A stretch of DNA of 64,000 bases, from contig JARDVH010000025.1 in the NCBI GenBank assembly GCA_030324005.1, positions 78,777,950-78,841,949 of the forward strand, given 5' to 3'. The stretch is from Negaprion brevirostris. Its lineage: Eukaryota. Both the position numbers and the translations under genes were made by a program. The notes under the pieces are model-generated. The model was not told where the DNA came from, searched no databases, and worked only from the letters and a program-made list of their open reading frames with translations. This document shows, piece by piece, positions 1-13,399 of the stretch. Position 1 is the stretch's first letter, and every line of letters starts with the position of its first letter.

Positions 1-135
1 TCTCCTTTGCTTTATCTGCCAAAACAACTTATGTCCCTTTTTTGCCCTCCTGGTTTCTCTTTTAAGTCTACTCCTACACTCCCTATACTCTTCAAGGGAT
101 TCACTTGATCCCAGCTGCCTATGCATGTCATCTGC
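1..135 (-). mobile_element. Probable CR1-type LINE fragment
   Basis: Resembles the antisense of CR1 ORF2 sequence; short and cut by the window edge. Confidence 0.3.
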
Positions 136-2284
136 AAACACGGAGAGAGGAATCTGAATACGTTTAATGCCGAATGGACTTAACCAGTAAAGAGCTGAAA
201 AACTGAAATGCTGGGAGTGGAATTAAAGTAAACGCTGCAGAGGGAGCTGGACTGAAAAAAGAGAAATTTTGAGTAGTATTTAGTAAGTAATAGTAGAGCT
301 CTAGTCAGATCTCCAAACACCAAAGCAGAAAGAGGAGTCACAGCTTAAACAGCTGGATTTGCACTGGAAAAAAAGCACAAAGTAGGACAGAAAACATATA
401 GGAGAAGTGTATTAAAAAATAGCAGTGGAAGCTGGGGTTAATAGGAAGCCACTGCTTAATAGTTACAAACAAGTAACACTGGAAAGAATAATGTAAAACG
501 TATATAAGTAGCAGCAGCTGGACTAATAAAAACACAAGCATTATGAGAAGGACTTTAAAACGCAAGCACCAGGAGGTAAGATTGATAAAGAACGTAAATA
601 ATAAGAACAGATTAAAAGTATTATAAAACTTTAGGAATGGGGCTAAAGACACAAATACCAGGAACATGAGCAACAACAAAACACTTATGGGAGCAGTGGT
701 AGCAGGAAAATCAGAAACAGCAGGAGCATGACTTAAAAGAAAAGCTAACACCAGGAGGAAGATCACATAAAAATGGAATAACAATTGGACCCAAAAAAAT
801 CAGGAGCTACAGCGTTAGTCAAAAACATGGTGTGGTGTGGGGTTTATGTGGAATGGAATGTCATGGTGGGGTTGTGGCAATGTTAGGTAGTGTAAAGCTA
901 GAAACAGACATACAGCAGATATGAGTTCATGGATGGGAGGGAGATTTGACACACACTTGAACCATTGTGAGGAGGATGCAATCAAAGCATGGCTTCTTTA
1001 TCAGTACCACTTTGGAATATAACACTAACTATTTTGAACCGCTCTTTTCATGCTTTATCCTCAGCTCTTCACACCTGGTTTGTGCCTCCTATCTTGCACT
1101 CTTTCCTTCTCCCAGATCTCCCTCTNNNNNNNNNNNNNNNNNNNNNNNNNNNNNNNNNNNNNNNNNNNNNNNNNNNNNNNNNNNNNNNNNNNNNNNNNNN
1201 NNNNNNNNNNNNNNNNNNNNNNNNNNNNNNNNNNNNNNNNNNNNNNNNNNNNNNNNNNNNNNNNNNNNNNNNNNNNNNNNNNNNNNNNNNNNNNNNNNNN
1301 NNNNNNNNNNNNNNNNNNNNNNNNNNNNNNNNNNNNNNNNNNNNNNNNNNNNNNNNNNNNNNNNNNNNNNNNNNNNNNNNNNNNNNNNNNNNNNNNTGTC
1401 AGACCTTCCAACTATCACTCTCTTTATTCCACCTCATTTTCTTTATGTAACTGCCCCCTGGTATCTCGCTATCCCCCTTCTTTGACTGCCTTTCTCTCTG
1501 GCTTTGTGTTCCCTTCTGAGCTCCCCTCATCACCCCTCTTCAGCCTCTCTCTCTGGTTGCTCCCACATGCCTCATAAACAGCTACCTCCTCATGTCTGCC
1601 TCTGAAAATCTCTTCTTTCATTAGCTTCCCTCCACTACTCCCAGTGCTATGTTCCCAGTGCCCTTTCTCCATCGCTACTGCCTTTCTGGCTGCCACTCCA
1701 TCATTTTTCTCTGGCTGTTCCTTATTCTCCTCTAGATCTCTCTAAATCTCCCATCCTATTGACATCCCTGTCATCACCTCCTAGCCTGCCCTGGGTTTGC
1801 CCAAATTGGCAACCCCATCCAAAGTTGAAGATTGAGCATCAAGAATCACAAGTCCACAATGCAGTTAATTCCATTCTCCATGCAGGAAAACTCAGACCTT
1901 GTTATTTGAGAATGTTTCTCCCTGCTTATTTGATCTTTATGTGACACTTCTAATTGCTAAAGAGAAAAATATGCTCTTCCATCTTTCATACGCTTATCCT
2001 CCACAATACTTTTTATCCATTAGTGGATCCATCTCTCATTTGACATTCTATGATTAGATGTGTTTTCTTGTATCTAACTGCTGTCTGGTATCATTTGTCC
2101 TTTTATTTCCTCCTTTTACTAACACTTTAACTTTTGTTTTCCTTAGCTACTTCTTTTGTATGATTCACATCCCAACCTTTTTTTTATTTCTTGTGCCTTT
2201 TCCTGATTTTTTCAGTTTTCTTTTACCCATCTTACTCAGACAGCATGATCTGTGTGGTTTTTTCCATTTTAAGCAGAAGACACA

Positions 2285-3204
2285 GGGCCCAATTTTACTA
2301 TTTTCATTCTAAGTGCTGAATCGGTGCGCAATTCAGATCTGACTTGGAAAACTGCATCACGGATCTGAATCGCACTGTGGGCGGGGCTTACTGTGCCTGA
2401 AATGATCTAAGCTTTGAACTGCGCATGCGCCATGAGAAAAACTATTTGAAAATTGTACCCCTGTCACATCACTCCTGGGCGGCTAAAAGCAGATAAAGCG
2501 ACTCGGGAGCGAAAAGCGGGAGCAATGGCCCCCACAGATCTGGGGGGGGGGGGGGGGGGGGGGGGGGGNNNNNNNNNNNNNNNNNNNNNNNNNNNNNNNN
2601 NNNNNNNNNNNNNNNNNNNNNNNNNNNNNNNNNNNNNNNNNNNNNNNNNNNNNNNNNNNNNNNNNNNNNNNNNNNNNNNNNNNNNNNNNNNNNNNNNNNN
2701 NNNNNNNNNNNNNNNNNNNNNNNNNNNNNNNNNNNNNNNNNNNNNNNNNNNNNNNNNNNNNNNNNNNNNNNNNNNNNNNNNNNNNNNNNNNNNNNNNNNN
2801 NNNNNNNNNNNNNNNNNNNNNNNNNNNNNNNNNNNNNNNNNNNNNNNNNNNNNNNNNNNNNNNNNNNNNNNNNNNNNNNNNNNNNNNNNNNNNNNNNNNN
2901 NNNNNNNNNNNNNNNNNNNNNNNNNNNNNNNNNNNNNNNNNNNNNNNNNNNNNNNNNNNNNNNNNNNNNNNNNNNNNNNNNNNNNNNNNNNNNNNNNNNN
3001 NNNNNNNNNNNNNNNNGGCGGGCAGCCCATTAATTCAATTTAAATGCAGTTGTGCCTGTTTGCGGGCCTCGGCAAAGTGGCCATTTTCGGGCCTTGGTAA
3101 GGTGGGCATCTGCACAGACGCAGATTGCCCTAATTGCCTCATGCCTGACTTTACCAAGTTTTTGCACCCGGAAACAGGCGCGACGCAATGGTAAAATTGG
3201 GTCC
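2285..3204. mobile_element. Non-autonomous DNA transposon (MITE), PIF/Harbinger-like
   Basis: TIRs gggcccaattttac (2285-2298) and gtaaaattgggtcc (3191-3204), one mismatch. 3-bp flanks aca/ata. CpG-rich interior with a gap. Confidence 0.7.
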
Positions 3205-3595
3205 ATACATTATTCATGCAGTATGAGAATAATAAATCCATTATATTTCACTTCCATTGTTCCATTTTTAAGCACATATTTCCAGTTAACTTCCCACACT
3301 TTTCATAGCTGTAAAACCAAAGCTTCCGAGGAATTGAGTTTAACACCTGTCAGGATTCTGACCAGATATGAGGGGAAAGAAGGGTGGAAGGGAAAATGCT
3401 ACATTCAAACCACTGGAGAAAATTTGGAGACTCAAGCTATTTTAATCCCAAGATCTCATTGTCAGGCCAAAGTACTGCAAAACTTAACAGGCCATAAACA
3501 AAAAGCCATGTGAAAGGGGTGCAGAAGAATCTCAATGGAGGGAAAAGCAGAGAGGTGGGGACCCTCATGCAAATGGAGGCCCAGACATTTCCCAT

Positions 3596-4743
3596 GGAGC
3601 ACAAAAGAGCATTCATGACTGATGATATACCCTGATCTGCTTGTTTAAAGAAAGACCCTTGCCTAGATGGCTTAATTGTCTATCCAGAAGCCTTAATATT
3701 AAAACATGGTCACAGAATCCAGTGGCTTTCTGGAAAATAAGTAACCCCGGGTTACTTATTCTGACTTTAAACTCTTCTTCTCTCTCAACAGACGCTGCCA
3801 GACCTGCAGAGCCTTTCCAGCATTTTCTGTTTTTACAGCCCCAAGCTACTGGTCAGTTTTTACTGGCAGGTTTACAAATTCTGTACCACGGTGTTGTTGC
3901 ATATGGCATGGCTTTGTCAGAAATATGAAATCTAATATAGGGAAGTCTAACACAGAGGGCCTTATAACGGTGGTCATAAATCCAGCCAATAGAGGATTCA
4001 GGGTAAATCGCTTGGCTCAGAGATTGGTGAGAATATTGAACATGTTCCCACATAGAGCAAGTGACTGAAATGACAGCATAGATACATTTAAGGGGAAGCT
4101 GGCTAAGTAAACTACAGACAAAGTAATAGAAAATTATGTTAATATGGTGAGATGCTAGAATGAGACATATGGAGACTATAAACACAAGCATTGTTACAAG
4201 CACTATTAGGCCAAATTGGGTGTTTCTGTGCCATAAGTTCCATATCATTCTACATAATTGCTGTGGATTGCTAAGCACTAATTCCACTACAACCTCTATT
4301 GTTGTAGCCTCCTCGACTATTATGAAGAAAGAATTCCTGCCTATGTCTGAGACTTTACAATTCCATCGCCTGGCTGCTAGCTTTACTGACTGGCCAATCT
4401 GAACCCAATTTAACCACTGAGCCATTGAAATCCCTCGTTATTACAATGAATCTCGTCATCTTTCTCAATCTGTATAACTGGTCTCTACTTACTTTGTGCT
4501 GCTCCTTCATCAAATTCACTCTGGAAAGACTCTGCAGGTCTGGCAGCATCTGTTGAGAGAGGAAGAGTTAACGTTTCAAGTCAGAGTTGTTACTTATTTG
4601 CCAGAAAGCTAGTGGATTCTGTGGCCATGTTTTATGCTCAGGCTTCTGGATAGACAACTGAGCCATCTGGCCAAGGGTCTTTCTTTAAACAAGCAGATCA
4701 GAGTCCAGTGATATCATCAGTCATGAATGCTCTTTTGTGCTCC
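3596..4743. repeat. Pair of ~225-bp inverted repeats (3596-~3820 and ~4521-4743) around a ~700-bp spacer
   Basis: ggagcacaaaagagcattcatgactgatgatat...gatctgcttgtttaaagaaagaccctt...gctgccagacctgcagag reappears as its reverse complement. Confidence 0.85.
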
Positions 4744-6194
4744 TTTACATATTCGCTCACTCTTAGCCACGCTGTTTCAATGTAATCCCCTCCTGCTGCT
4801 GTAATCTACACTTTTATAGATTCTGTCAGTAATAAAATTTTTCCACTTCCTCTAGGTCTAACCCTGTTAAATGTATTAGGGAGAAATTGGGTGTTATGAG
4901 ATCTCTTAAATTGTCAAAATGATGGCTACAATACAAATACACATTTCTGACAGAGAAGTGTGAAGTGGTTTGTGCACATAACCCTAATGATCACCACCGG
5001 CATGTAGATCATGATCTTAATCTGATTTAATTCTACTACTTCTAGTTCCAGGTTGAGCAGGTTGTCCTCTTATGATTGTTAGGATATGGCATTTGAAGAC
5101 GCACTCACCAACTTTGGCAACTCATGTGAAATCATAAAATTTTCTCCTGCAACACATCCGGGTCCTTGAGGCTGCACTCCCATCATTAACCTCTGTGCCA
5201 CTATCTCTTGCCACTACTTTCTGCAGATCTCCAGTGCCTATCTGAAAATGTTAGCAGACGCTTTCTCACGTGATCATCAGTTGTTGATTCTTCCACACAA
5301 CAGTATTCAGAAATGATATCAGCACCTTTAGCAGCCTTAATCTCTTCCTCTTTAAGAGGCTAGTTTTAAGTAGCATTTGGCACAAACTGTAATGGTGCGA
5401 ATAGTTAATAAGCAAGGTGTGGAGTGCTGGATGCACACTGCAGTTGATGTCTTGCTTGCAGTGCAATCAGTGGGAATGGGTTAATCAAGCACCTACTTTA
5501 AGAGTTTATCCAATTTAACTTGCATTGGAACTTCTCCGTTTCATCTCTTTTGCACCACATACCTTGTAAGCTGCAGTAACAGAGTGTTTTATTTACAAGC
5601 ATTCTTGGGAGACACAACCTTCTGCCACAGGGTGTCTTCCTGATAGAAATGCTGCATAATATGTTTATATCTTTTGGTTATCACACTTACACTATAAAAT
5701 GCTAATGAATAGAATTCTACAGGCTGCAGCTGCCCTTTTATCTAACTGATGGCTAAAATTTGTGATTCTTACACTTTCTGCTTGGCCATCCTATAAATGT
5801 CATTAAGTTTCCTGTACCATCATGCTGAGAAAAAGCTGTAATAAGATTCTCTTAAAGCTGTTAGTGTTTATTTATTTCCTTCAGAGCTATTAATGTTTAA
5901 TGTCAAATTATTTCAGTTACCCAACATCACTCTGTATTTTACAATTCCCAAATAACCTTAGTGAGTTTTGTGGAGAATGTCTAGTTGAAATGTTTTTGGG
6001 ATGACTATTCTGTCATTGTAAACTAAGAAATCATCAATGACTGTAAGATATTTCCTCTGCTCAAAGTACTGGCAAAGTGTTGTTTGAGGGGAGTGTAATC
6101 TGATCATTGTTCTGGCAACACTTTTACTTTGATGTATATAGCATCCTGCTGTTGTGCTATATTAATCTCTTGTAGTGTTTTCTCAGCGGCTGGT

Positions 6195-6765
6195 AAGAAC
6201 ATAAGAACTAGGAGCAGGAGTAGGCCATCTGGCCCCTTGAGCCTGCTCCACCACTCAATAAGATCATGACTGATCTTTTTGTGGACTCAGCTCCACCAAC
6301 CCGCCCGCTCACCATAACCCTCAATTCCTTTACTGTTCAAAAATTTATCTCTCCTCGCCTTAAAAATATTCAACGAGGGAGCCTCAACTGCTTCACTGGG
6401 CAGGGAATTCCACGGATTCAAAACCCTTTGTGTGAAGTAGTTCCTCCTCAACTCAGTCCTAACTCTACTTTCCCTTATTTTGAGGCTATGNNNNNNNNNN
6501 NNNNNNNGCCAGTGGAAACAACTTCCCTGCTTCTATCTTATCTATTCCCTTCATAATCTTATATGTTTCTATAAGATCTCCCCTTATTCTTCTGAATTCC
6601 AATGAGTATAACCCCAGTCCACTCATTGTCTCCTCATGAGCCAACCCTCTCAACTCCAAAATCAACCTAGTGAATCTCCTCTGCACCCCCTCCAGTGACA
6701 GTATATCCTTTCTCAAGTAAGGAGACCAAAACTGTACATAGTAGTCCAGGTGTGGCTTCACCAGG
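6195..6765 (-). mobile_element. CR1 LINE, 5'-truncated (ORF2 C-terminus and 3' tail)
   Basis: Translation [34 protein letters not shown]...[23 protein letters not shown]; tail aagaacataagaactaggagcaggagtaggcc. Confidence 0.9.
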
Positions 6766-6769
6766 ATAA

Positions 6770-7900
6770 AGAATGTAATCAAAGGCCAGTGGTCGGTTTC
6801 AGTTTTGAACCTTAAATACATGACGTAATCAAAAAACCTCAGTGTGGTGCTAATGCTCATTTTTCAACAGTTGTATACCTCTTTTCTGTGTTTTGAGAGC
6901 CCCAGAGGCATAATATTCTGATCACCTTTGTCATATTTTTGATCCTGAAACACAACTTTGCCTAAGCCTGTAGGTCCTTGTCTCAATAGCTGTTGTAATG
7001 GTTTGTTAATTTCTGCCAGATTTGGTAAGAATTTCCCCACTCGATTTACCATGCCAAGGAATCTTTAATTCTGTGCTGGCTATTGGGTTTGGCTCTCTAA
7101 GCACTTTGGTCTTCTGCAGGTCAGCAGTAATTCCTAAAGCTTGAACAATGTGCCCTGAGAATTTTATCATCGGTTTCACAAATTCACATTTGTCATTCAA
7201 TGTCAAACCTGTTTCTTGTAGAACTTTGAGGACCACTTTCACACGGTGATCACGTTCTTCCCTTGATAAACCATGCAGAAGAATGCTGTCCATGTGGCAT
7301 ATTACTCGTACCATGCCTCGCAGATTCTGACATATCGTTCTTTGGAATATCTCAGGTGCAGAAGTTGTTTAAAAAACTGACAAGATGGGGTGATAAAACC
7401 TGTTAACAATCCTGATTCATTGTTTAGACACAACTATCAAAAGCCTCTGTTTGCATCAAACTTTTTAAAGTGGGTGACTTGCTAATTTGGCAAGACTTTC
7501 TTCCACTAATGCCATCAGGTGGATCTCACATTTCAGCTGAACCATTAGTCTTTGGCACTGTGACCATCCAGTACTCCATTTTGTCGGTATGTTTACTGGG
7601 GAGTTGACTCTTCATTGTAACATTGCATTCAATCTTGCTTTTGACTTTGTTCATGAGTGGATGAGGAATCTTCCTGATTGTGAATAGCCAAAGGCTTAGC
7701 ATCCACCCTTAGGGTTACATTATATTTTGCCTTTAGATTTCCTAAGCCTGAAGATAGGGATGGAAATTCATTTTTGAATATATTATTAGATTGCATATCA
7801 ACAATTTCAGGAAGTCTTAACTGCAAACATGCTTTTCTGCTCATTAATGATGATTCCTAGTTCTTTATCACATTCAAGGGTTCAGTAACTTCTTTATCCT
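6770..7900 (-). mobile_element. Degenerate Ty3/Gypsy LTR-retrotransposon pol (RT) fragment
   Basis: Broken ORFs VICHMDSILLHG (YxDD region), VLKVLQETGLTLNDKCEF, GKFLPNLAEINKPLQQLL and EFPSLSSGLGNLK...VTLRVDAKP, with frameshifts and stops. Confidence 0.8.
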
Positions 7901-8014
7901 GTTATGAACAATGTATAATTTTGAGTTGAATTTATATATTATGTAAAGATACATGTACATATAAGTATATGTACGTACCAAAATAAAAATGGTTTCAGTT
8001 TCATTTGGGTTTTC

Positions 8015-8106
8015 TTTTTGAACCTTGGTTCAAAAAGTGAACCAAGCTCACTCCTTGGCTGAAGTGAACCAAGCTCACTCCTTGAGCGAACCTTGGCTCA
8101 CTCCTT
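8015..8106. repeat. Short hairpin plus local tandem duplication
   Basis: tttttgaacc-tt-ggttcaaaaa (8015-8036); gtgaaccaagctcactccttg at 8037-8057 and 8064-8084, then a degenerate third copy. Confidence 0.8.
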
Positions 8107-9519
8107 CACATATTCGCTCACTTTCTGGATAGACACTTGAGTGAAAGATTTCAGGTCTTTTAGGGTTGTTTGTAGCTGTACATTTGTAATGAGGTCTTAC
8201 CACCTATAAAGTTGAAGAGATGGGTTAAAAGGGGTAGAAGAGTCAATATTTCTGGAAATAAAATGCAAAGTTGAAAAAAAACTTTATCATTGCCTAGCAA
8301 CAGTGATCCAGTGAGACAGATTCAGAAAAAAAAGTTAGGAGTTGAGAGAAGGAGAATGCAATGTGTGTATGTCAGAAAGAGAAAACAGGGTTTAAGCTCT
8401 CTAAAACGTAAAACTACTGGGCTATTGAGACAGTAGTTAACTGAATAATCAGTTTTAGGATTCAGTAAAGTGATCAGTTCAATTGAGGTGCTACTGGACA
8501 AGTGCATTTAGTGAACTCATTTGTTTGCTCCGGAACTAAAAAGCAATACGTTTAGAGAACGGTTTCTGAATGTCTTTGGGAGAACTGTGAGTTAGGTGAG
8601 CAGCCTCAAGTGAATTCTCAGGAATTTACTGGAACAAAATTGGTGCAACTGTGCCACACCCAAGCTAGAAGACCATGTGTCAAGAGAGTGGTAGCTTCTT
8701 ACTGGCTTATGTAAATAATTGTGATTCCCTCAAGTGTGACTGGACATCTCTGGTCTCACTTGTTACAGAATGGTGCTGATCAGTGCATGGGACCCAACAC
8801 TACATCAACCAGAAACAACAATGTGAGCAGAGCAAAATGACATCACAACAACACCACAAAACAACAGCACACAATGAGGTCATGAAACAACACAAAATAT
8901 GCAAAACAACATTAAATCACAATTGTAGGTGCAAGTCAGGGATGCTGTCTCTAAAAATTGCACACTTTAAAACAGAATGACTTAAAGCAAGTCAATGTAA
9001 AAAAAAGGTCTTGCTACCTAAATTCATCTCCCACTGCTATTTACTTCTCTTCAAAAACATTGATACTAAGCTTGTCCCATTTGAACAGCTGCCCCCCCCA
9101 CCCCCCTACACACACAGTACCTTTAGGACAGATGTTATTAGGATGCTGCACATGCCTGTGATGTTCCCTGACAATTTTGCAATATCACGTAAAGTTCTGC
9201 AGAAGTTAGAATAAATGATCTGTGTATTCAACATGGATTTCATGGCACGCTGGGGATATTATCTGTTCAGGGGATGGATTGCTGATTACATGCAAACTTT
9301 AAAAGACTGATGATTACTGTTGGAGTTGTTGCACAATTGCAGAGGAGCAATGGTTTGTGCTCAAGTGGCCAGTGGCCGAAGCAACTAGGTCTAACATAAA
9401 ATTGGACACTTTAAGTTAACAGACAGCTCCTACATGCAAGGCCTGATGGAACGCAGACAAGGATACCATAGGTCAGAAAACACCACAGAGCAGCTCAGAC
9501 CTTTCTTACATATTGAACA

Positions 9520-10215
9520 GAGGTGCTCAACCTGGTAAAATGATCTCTCCCTCAATGTCAGTAAAACAAAGGAGGTAGTCATCGACTTCAGAAAGCTTAG
9601 TGGAGAGCATTCCCCTGTCTACATCAATTGGGATGAAGTGGAAACAGTCGAGGACTTAAAGTTTCTTGATGTCCAGATTACCAACAATCTGTACTGATGC
9701 TTCCATGCTGATGCTATAGTAAAGAAAGCCTACCAATGCCTCTTCTTTATCAGGAGGCAAATGAAATTTTGCATGTTCGATATGACTGTCACCAATTTTT
9801 ACAGATGCACCATAGAAAACATTATTTCCAGATGTATCACAGCTTGGTATGGCTCCTGTTTCGACCAAGACTGCAAGAAATTGCAAAGGTTTGTCAATAT
9901 AGCTCAGTCCCTCACGCATACCAACCTCCCACCCACCAACTCCATCTACACTTCTCGCTGCCTCGGAAAAACAGCCGGCATAATCAAGGACCCCACACAC
10001 CCCTGATGTATTCTCTTCCACTTTCTTCTATCGGGGAAAAAAGATATACAAGTCTGAGATCACGTACCAACATGACTCAGGAACAGCTTCTTCCCTGCTG
10101 CCTTCAGACTTTTGAATGGAACTAACAATGTATTAAGTGGACCTTTCTCTACACCCTATCTGTGACTGTAACAATATATTCTGTATCCTGTCCTTTCCTT
10201 CTCCCCTATGTCCTC
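9520..10215 (+). mobile_element. Rex1/Babar-type LINE 3' fragment
   Basis: TNFYRCTIENIISRCITAWYGSC...DCKKLQRFVN...IYTSRCLGKTAGIIKDPTHP; similar to the copy at 20140-21605 in the opposite orientation. Confidence 0.8.
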
Positions 10216-10219
10216 TTTT

Positions 10220-10620
10220 AAGGTCAAACCAAATAGACAAACTCAACCTGAATTAGGACAAAGTAAAAGGGGCAGCTCCCCAAAAGGAAGGTGAGAGCCC
10301 AAACAAAAACAAAAGTACAAAGGGAACTCAAGACACATCAAATCAAAATGTGATTGTCGGGGTCTATAACGCACCTCAGCCCCTGCGGTGCCCAGCGAGC
10401 ACGGAAGGCATCGACTGCGCCAGCGGACACCGCATGCTCCCTCTCCAGGTACACCTGGCCGCGAATGTAGCCACAGTAGAGGGGCAGACAGTCGGAATGG
10501 ACAACCCCATCGATCGCCCGCTGCCTGGACCTATTGATGGCATGTCTCGCCAGGCCCAGGAGCAGGTTCACGAGGAGGTTGGCATCCCTCCCCTCCCCTC
10601 TCTGCACCAGGTGCCTTCTC
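10220..10620 (-). mobile_element. L1/Tx1-clade LINE, ORF2 C-terminus and 3'UTR
   Basis: GC-rich; LLVNLLLGLARHAINRSRQRA...LEREHAVSAGAVDAFRARWAPQG is typical of Tx1-like ORF2 ends. Confidence 0.7.
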
Positions 10621-13399
10621 CCCTATGTATTCTATAGCATGCAAGAAACTATGGGCAAGATTTTNNNNNNNNNNNNNNNNNNNNNNNNNNNNNNNNNNNN
10701 NNNNNNNNNNNNNNNNNNNNNNNNNNNNNNNNNNNNNNNNNNNNNNNNNNNNNNNNNNNNNNNNCAGCAGGTGTGCCGAATCTTGGGTGAGAGGTAAAAA
10801 ATCAGGTTTGCGTCCTTTATGTTGCCTCTTGTGATGTTACCGGCATTGTTTGGGGCACGAGACCCATCTCATGATTCATTACCGTACTTAAATATCATTA
10901 GAGACTCCTGTGCACTATAATTCAGGCTCACTTGCACTTATCTGCTCATCGGTCGTGGTCCTCACTGGGGAGGATCACACGTGGCCCTCATCAACAGGGA
11001 CAAGTTGCAATATCCTTGCCAGTGGGAAGAAAGGCCATTGAAGCCTCCCAGATGGTCGGGGGCAGGGCTGGGCAGTGCACCTTGGACAGCACAATTCTGG
11101 CACTGTTTTACATTTCCAGGCACAGAAACATTAAATTGTTGCTTAATTAACACTATTTAAAACTATACCTTATTTCTAATATTTACCAATACAAATATAA
11201 ATCCTTTAAAACTACTTTTGTTTTCCTAACAGGTGTACAAATACAGAGATCAGGGAAGGATGTTGTGAGAGCAATGAAAAAGTGGAACAGCTTCAGTAGT
11301 GACTTCTAGAATGTACACTGAAGAATTTGCTGGAACAATATGTTTTAGAATTGCCTAACGAACTGCCATACCAGATTTAGTAATGAGTAATGAACAATTT
11401 TTTTTTGTCTATACCATTGGACCAATGTTTACAAGCTAAAATCTACTCAGTAAGTTTTATCTTGTCCACAGAAGCAGTAAGTCATGGCGAGGTACAGAAT
11501 AGTCACAATATTGTCACAATAAACTTGACCCAATCAACTTAATAAATGACTGAGCATTTGGATGAAACCAATCTTTAAGTGGATCATTTTGACTCCGTGT
11601 GATAGTATATACAATGGATATTAATTCAGCTGCCTAAAATGCACCTTTCAATTTTCATTCTCTTTGAATTCAAAATTTGGAGATGTGTAATGGGGAGCAG
11701 AATCAATATTGGTCACACTATCGCACACTTACGATGTATGTCAGTTACAACAATTTGCAGCTCACGCACTTTCATCAGATTTGGAGGATCAACGAGAATT
11801 TCCAAACACAGTTCCAAATCTCTCAAAAATCTTGTCAAAGCTACAACGTGTGAGACATGTCATATGGTTTGCTTTATATTATCACAGAAAGGTAGTAATC
11901 TATACAAATTGGATTTAACAAATTCAACCATAACTGTTGCCCTGTATTGCTGGCAGTGACATAATGTGGCTTACTGCCTCATGCGTCTCACCAAGTGTTT
12001 GCTCAGCCCACTTTAGAAGAAATTCAACCAACTCACATGTGAAAATCATAACTGTGCAATTCAATTCATAAAGTGGTATGCCATGGTATTGTGCAAGTAG
12101 ATGTAGGCCTGTATAAGTCAACTCGCATTAAAATAATATGCTCAGATTGCATATGGGAGTGACAGCTGCCAATGAACCCAAGAAGGTATCTCTGGCAAAC
12201 CCAAATTTGTAACACCTCTACTTTGAAATTGAGAGGATGCATTTTAATTTTGGGTATTTCAAAGCCCTATGAAATTTGTTGTCACACCATTGCCCATCCC
12301 ATTCCTTCTGTTTCCTAGCTCCATCTCTTACCTCGTCCCAGCACAAACTCACTCCGCCAATTTCTCACTCAGTTGGCCTCCAGTTTAAGTAGCCCTTTAG
12401 GGAAGAAAAATATAGCTGTTTCTTTATGACCGCCAAGCAGTAACCACAAGTTAGCCAAGAGTTTTATGTTTGGATGGTTTCTCTGATATCCTGAGGGTAA
12501 TAAAATGCACTCGTGCAGATCTTTCTACCATATTTAAAGAACTGAATCATGTTTTATTTAAATCATTTAAATTTATGAATATTCAAATAGATTTGTGATG
12601 TATTACTAAATTGTTCTGTGTTTATTAATGGAATCTTGTATGGTTCTCAAAATTTAACAAATAATTGCTTAGAAATTTATAAAACAAACAAAATAAATTA
12701 TCTGGGATCAATGTTGGGCTTCGACTGAATTTATGGCAACCAATTGGGAGAACCACAGAAGAAATGTCTTATGTTAAAGCTGGCTTATAAGCATATAAAT
12801 GTCTTAAAATTTGACTGTGTCATTTTGGGAATTAATACATTTCAAGTAAATATGTTGATACACAGAAGAATTTCATGCCACCATAATTTATTTTGTTGTA
12901 ACATTTCCAAATACATGGAAGCACCTCAAAGACTTCACTCGAAAATGAAAAAAGATCAGACACTAAGCCTCAGACTAATAGAGGTATTAAAGGCAGGAAG
13001 AGAGATGATTAGTTGTGCTATGTGAGAGGCTCACTAAGGGTGAGGCAATCAGAGCAGTGACCACCAATGACAGAGTGGAGGGAAAGGAGAATGAGAGGAA
13101 AGCCAGGGATGAAGTGTACGTGCATGGAGATACATCTGGAGAAAATCATTGGGTTTGGGTTGGGTCATGAAGTGATTTGAAGTCTATAATGAGAATCCTA
13201 AAGTAAATTTGCTGAAACTTGGAGACAATGGGCATTAGGAGGATGCAATTGTCTAATCCCCAACTACAGTCTTTGAGATCGTGATATAGATTAGCCAGCA
13301 CCCATTCATTGCATTGTTGGCAGCATATAAATCCCTGATTCCTTACATGATTGTTGTGTGCGACTGATGTTATCTATGCTGTTTATTGGATGCCCATAT

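Noticed and set aside
338-784. 148-aa hydrophobic ORF as a membrane protein
   Set aside because: Product of T-rich low-complexity antisense sequence; no recognisable domain.
967-3043. Long ORFs containing X runs (also at ~18.5, 24, 34.7, 40.7, 45.8 and 46.7 kb)
   Set aside because: Open only because they cross N gaps.
8037-8106. CRISPR-like direct repeats
   Set aside because: Only two exact copies with a 6-nt spacer, no cas genes, vertebrate context.
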